This document shows, piece by piece, positions 60,190 to 64,000 of a stretch of 64,000 bases of DNA (positions are counted from its first letter, which is position 1; each line of letters begins with the position of its first letter). A program made the position numbers and the translations under genes. The notes below the pieces were generated by a model that was not told where the DNA came from, did no database searches, and saw only the letters and a program-made list of their open reading frames with translations. This DNA comes from an uncultured Alphaproteobacteria bacterium (GTDB lineage Bacteria; Pseudomonadota; Alphaproteobacteria; Rs-D84): contig CALXLG010000004.1 of NCBI GenBank assembly GCA_944389135.1, positions 2,413-66,412 of the forward strand, read 5' to 3'.

Positions 60190-61049
60190 AAGTCGGTATA
60201 ATAGGGGCAGGGGCGTGGGGAACTGCGTTATCTTTTATCTCAGCACGTGGTGGCGCAGATGTTATATTATGGTCTTATGACGGTGAATATAAAAATTTTG
60301 ATGGTGTTGAAAAACCTAATAACTGGTCTGTTACATCAAATTTATCTGATTTACAAGATTGTGATGCATGGTTAATTGTTACACCTGCCGCATATTTTCG
60401 CGAAACAATTAAAAAAGCAGCGGCTTTTTATAACAATCAGCCAATAATTATTTGCACCAAGGGTGCGGAAAGTTCTACTGGCGATTTTATGTCAGAAATA
60501 ATAAAAAAAGAACTGCCTGCTGCTGTTAATTTTGGCGTATTATCAGGTCCACAATTTGCGGCAGAAGTTGCACGTGGTGTTCCAACGGGCTCTACACTGG
60601 CGGGAACAGAAATCGCAATCAATGCAGGCAAACAAATATTAAATAAATTACATTTAACCACCAGCAACGATGTAATAGGTGCAGAAGTATGTGGCGTTGG
60701 AAAAAATGCTGTTGCCCTTATTTGTGGGTATAACTCTGTAGCATCTGGCGGTGAAAACGAACGTGCAATGATATTTACTCTTGCATGGAACGAAGTTATG
60801 AACATAGGATTAGCAAGTGGCGCACAGATGAAAACGTTCTTAGATTTGTGCGGAATAGGCGACTTGTTTTTATCAGCGACATCCGCAACCAGCAGAAACT
60901 TTGCTGGTGGCATGGCAATAGCACGCGGTGAAAAGCCAGAAGGAACAGTAGAAGGGATATTTGCGCTGCATGGTCTTATAAGACGAGCAGGGGCATTAAA
61001 TGTTGATACACCTATATTAAAAGAAATGTTAAAAAAATTAAATATATAA
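60186..61049 (+). CDS. gpsA: glycerol-3-phosphate dehydrogenase [NAD(P)+] (short form)
   Basis: KVGIIGAGAWGTALS Rossmann motif. Confidence 0.8.
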   Translation: MKVGIIGAGAWGTALSFISARGGADVILWSYDGEYKNFDGVEKPNNWSVTSNLSDLQDCDAWLIVTPAAYFRETIKKAAAFYNNQPIIICTKGAESSTGDFMSEIIKKELPAAVNFGVLSGPQFAAEVARGVPTGSTLAGTEIAINAGKQILNKLHLTTSNDVIGAEVCGVGKNAVALICGYNSVASGGENERAMIFTLAWNEVMNIGLASGAQMKTFLDLCGIGDLFLSATSATSRNFAGGMAIARGEKPEGTVEGIFALHGLIRRAGALNVDTPILKEMLKKLNI

Positions 61050-61078
61050 AAAACCGGCAAAAGCCGGTTTTTTTTTAC
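61048..61078. terminator. bidirectional terminator
   Basis: aaaaccggc-aaaa-gccggtttttttt. Confidence 0.6.
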
Positions 61079-62292
61079 TCATGTCTCAGACTATCTATTG
61101 GGTTTAATTTAGCCGCTTTTCTAGCTGGCACAACGCCAGATGCAAGACCAACAACAACCGCAACCCCCACAGAAACAACTACTGGCCACGCACTAAACGG
61201 AACAGAATATCCAAGAACGAATCTACCGATTCCTTGTGATAAACCAACACCTAATAGCATACCTGCAATAGAACCGATAAACGAAATCAATATAGATTCG
61301 GACAAGAATTGCGTTATTATATGTCTTTCACGTGCCCCGATTGCTTTACGTATACCTATTTCATGCGTACGTTCTGCAACAGATACAAGCATCATGTTCA
61401 TAATACCAATTGAACCGACCAATAAAGATACTGCGGCAATTGCAATCAATAACATTGTCATATAGCCAGTAACGGTATTCATTGCCTCCATAACCTGCTT
61501 CATATCCATAATTTGAAAATCATCTTCTTCATCATCTGCCAGTTTATGTCTTTCTCTTAGCAAAGCAGTCATTTGCTCGATTGCAAGGTTGTTATCCGCA
61601 TCTGCATAAAGTTTCAACGTAATCATATTTACAGAATTAGGAAAACGACTACCTTGCAAACGTTTCTTTAATGTCGTTATAGGTATTATAACCATGTCGT
61701 CTTGGCTGCCCATAGCAGAATCACCGCGCTCTTTGGTAACCCCTATAATCACAAAAGGCATGTTCTGAATACGAATTACCTCGCCAACAGGGTTCTCTGG
61801 CATTTGCAATTCTTCTGCTGTTTGTGGTCCAATTACAGCGTATGTAGATGCATTACGAACTGCCGACTGATCAAAAAACGTTCCGTACTTCATTTCCAAA
61901 TTCTGAACAGTCGCATAACCTGGATACGCCCCGACCATAGAAGAGGACCAGTTTTGGTTACCATAAATTACCTGCGCTGCTGCATTTTGTACGGGGCTGG
62001 CCGCCGCAACATCTGGTAATTGCGCAATAAATTCTGAGTCTTGAATCGTTAATGTTTGACGATTTCCTGTTCTAACGCCGGCACTTTGTGCTGCACCAGC
62101 ACGTATCATTATGGTATTTGTACCCAGCGAAGAAAACTGGTCATTTATCTGCTTGGATACAGTTTCACCAACAGCGACCATTATAACAACCGCCATAACA
62201 CCGATAACAATACCAAGAACTGTTAAAAACGAACGAATCTTATTTCCACTGATGGACAACCAAGATTCTTTTAAAATGTCATTAAATGTCAT
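61075..62292 (-). CDS. ABC transporter permease, FtsX/MacB-LolC family
   Basis: N-terminal TM helix, a periplasmic domain, and three C-terminal TM helices of FtsX type. Confidence 0.8.
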   Translation of the reverse strand: MTFNDILKESWLSISGNKIRSFLTVLGIVIGVMAVVIMVAVGETVSKQINDQFSSLGTNTIMIRAGAAQSAGVRTGNRQTLTIQDSEFIAQLPDVAAASPVQNAAAQVIYGNQNWSSSMVGAYPGYATVQNLEMKYGTFFDQSAVRNASTYAVIGPQTAEELQMPENPVGEVIRIQNMPFVIIGVTKERGDSAMGSQDDMVIIPITTLKKRLQGSRFPNSVNMITLKLYADADNNLAIEQMTALLRERHKLADDEEDDFQIMDMKQVMEAMNTVTGYMTMLLIAIAAVSLLVGSIGIMNMMLVSVAERTHEIGIRKAIGARERHIITQFLSESILISFIGSIAGMLLGVGLSQGIGRFVLGYSVPFSAWPVVVSVGVAVVVGLASGVVPARKAAKLNPIDSLRHE

Positions 62293-62300
62293 GTTTATAC

Positions 62301-63047
62301 CTATTTTCCTGTATGTTTTAATAATACTTTTTCATCTTTTGGGACTTTGCCATCGTATGTTATTCTGCCGTCATAAATATGTATTAAACGGTTAGAGTAT
62401 TGCGCAATTTCAAATTCATGAGTAATCATTACAATCGTTATACCCATTTCTTCGTTTAATTTCTTGAAAAAAGTCAGAATTTCATTACCCATTTTACTAT
62501 CCAAAGCCCCCGTTGGTTCGTCCGCCAAAATTAACTTTGGATTACCCGCCAATGCACGTGCAATTGCCACACGTTGCTTCATACCACCAGATAATTGCGT
62601 AGGTAAATAAGATTCAAAATTTTCTAACCCTACACGCTTTAACATTTCGCGTGCACGATGCAATCTTTCTTCCATAGGTAGCCCACGATACATCAATGGC
62701 AACATTACATTGTCTAAAACACTTCGCTTTGAAAGCAAATTAAACTGCTGAAATACGAAACCAACATATTCATTTCTAACTATGGCTAATTCGTCCGCAG
62801 AAAGATGTGTCACATCTTTACCATACAGTTTATATGTACCACTTGTCGGAGTATCTAATGCACCAATTATATTCATACACGTAGATTTGCCACTGCCAGA
62901 TGGTCCCATAATAGAAACGAATTCACCTTGATTTACATCAAATGTGATATCAAATAAAACCTGTTGTTCGCCCCCCATTTCAACAGGAAAACTTTTACAG
63001 ATTTTGTCCATTGATATTATGTTTATTTGTTCTTTATTTTTCTTCAT
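62301..63047 (-). CDS. ABC transporter ATP-binding protein (MacB/LolD-like)
   Basis: Walker A GPSGSGKST, signature LSGGMKQRVAIARAL, and Walker B ILADEPT. Confidence 0.85.
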   Translation of the reverse strand: MKKNKEQINIISMDKICKSFPVEMGGEQQVLFDITFDVNQGEFVSIMGPSGSGKSTCMNIIGALDTPTSGTYKLYGKDVTHLSADELAIVRNEYVGFVFQQFNLLSKRSVLDNVMLPLMYRGLPMEERLHRAREMLKRVGLENFESYLPTQLSGGMKQRVAIARALAGNPKLILADEPTGALDSKMGNEILTFFKKLNEEMGITIVMITHEFEIAQYSNRLIHIYDGRITYDGKVPKDEKVLLKHTGK

Positions 63048-63140
63048 AAACCACTCTCTCTTTACGAAAAGATTATATCATTTGAAACAAAAATTTTTAT
63101 AAAAAATAATTAAAAACCGGTTTTCACCGGTTTTTTGTTT

Positions 63141-64000
63141 TTACCTTGGTGGACCCATACGTACACTTGACGAAGACGAAGAAGTTTGACCATATCTGCC
63201 AATAATGACTCTATCCCCTTCTTGTATATCATCAGAAATAATTTCTGTTTCTGTCGCTGTAACCAGTCCTTTTTCATATGGCACCAGTACGACCGTCTGA
63301 ACACCGTTTACATCACGCAGAATTGCTAAATGAGTTTTTGGTGTTGCTTCACCTGCATCCTCGACAATACCGTCAAAGCTGCGTAAAATAAGAGCAGAAT
63401 TCTGAACTTTCCAGATATCATCCTTTTCTGATATCAATATTGTAACAAAAGCAGTCATACCAGGTTTTAAACGCAAATCGCTGTTATCTACATCAATAAC
63501 AACCGTATAAACAACAACGTTTGATGTAATTGTTGGCGACAAACGAATCTGGCGAACTTCACCTTCAAAAGTTTGTGTTGGATATGCATCAACAGTAAAT
63601 GTTACTTTCTGACCTTCGGTTATCATACCAATATCAGCCTCTGATACAGCTGTTTCAATTTGCATTTTTGATAAATCTTCCGCAATTGCGAATAAATCAG
63701 GTGTCTGGAAAGACGCCGCAACAGTCTGTCCAACGTCAACCTGACGTGAAATTACCGTACCGTCAACAGGTGAAGTAATTGTAGCATAGCCTAAATTCGT
63801 AACGGCTCTATCATACTGAGATTTCATACGATTTACGGTCTGCTCCGCCTGTTCATATGTTGTTTGAGATTGTTCTAATTCCGCACGTGCAATAAAACCG
63901 TCATCAAACAAAATCTTATTACGTTCATATTCACTTTTTGCATAATTGCGTTGGGATTCGGCGCTTACTAAAGAAGCATAAGCTTCATCAACAGACGCTT
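63141..64000 (-). CDS. periplasmic adaptor (HlyD/MacA family), N-terminus beyond the window
   Basis: C-terminal beta-barrel/MP domains of a membrane-fusion protein. The frame is open to the window end. Confidence 0.7.
   Translation of the reverse strand, partial: ASVDEAYASLVSAESQRNYAKSEYERNKILFDDGFIARAELEQSQTTYEQAEQTVNRMKSQYDRAVTNLGYATITSPVDGTVISRQVDVGQTVAASFQTPDLFAIAEDLSKMQIETAVSEADIGMITEGQKVTFTVDAYPTQTFEGEVRQIRLSPTITSNVVVYTVVIDVDNSDLRLKPGMTAFVTILISEKDDIWKVQNSALILRSFDGIVEDAGEATPKTHLAILRDVNGVQTVVLVPYEKGLVTATETEIISDDIQEGDRVIIGRYGQTSSSSSSVRMGPPR

Noticed and set aside
1-64000. CRISPR arrays, rRNA genes, IS/transposase or integrase genes
   Set aside because: I saw no regularly spaced direct repeats, no rRNA-like conserved stretches, and no transposase or integrase-like ORFs.

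Overview
This 64 kb window looks like a low-GC, AT-rich chromosomal segment of a Gram-negative bacterium. Several clues point to an alphaproteobacterium, possibly Rickettsiales- or Holosporales-like: a DUF4167-like gene before dnaX, RpoH, and the yfgM-bamB-der, skp-lpxD-fabZ, lptF-lptD-surA-rlmN, nusA-infB, truB-rpsO-pnp and parAB-rsmG neighbourhoods. The conserved backbone is interrupted by several accessory loci. (1) At the left edge (1-8433) there is an island of secreted cysteine-rich proteins plus a protein with a BspA-type leucine-rich-repeat N-terminus. (2) On the minus strand (9506-14409) there is a translationally coupled operon of three paralogous, unusually large (403-458 aa) proteins with type IV prepilin-like N-termini, followed by a zinc-ribbon/DUF3426 membrane protein and a small secreted protein. 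A canonical small type IV pilin coupled to an OmpA-family lipoprotein sits just downstream of dnaX. (3) An orphan TraG/VirD4/DotL-family type IV coupling protein lies next to fabZ. (4) A TbpB-like surface lipoprotein is coupled to a TPR plus beta-barrel (Slam/DUF560-like) outer-membrane protein, preceded by a leader that looks like a terminator/antiterminator switch. (5) Lineage-specific insertions split otherwise conserved operons: two small Cys-rich secreted genes between rpsO and pnp, and tandem paralogs between truB and mutS. One tRNA-Val(UAC) is present, next to a GC-rich cluster of hairpins. No rRNA, CRISPR array or recognisable transposase was found.
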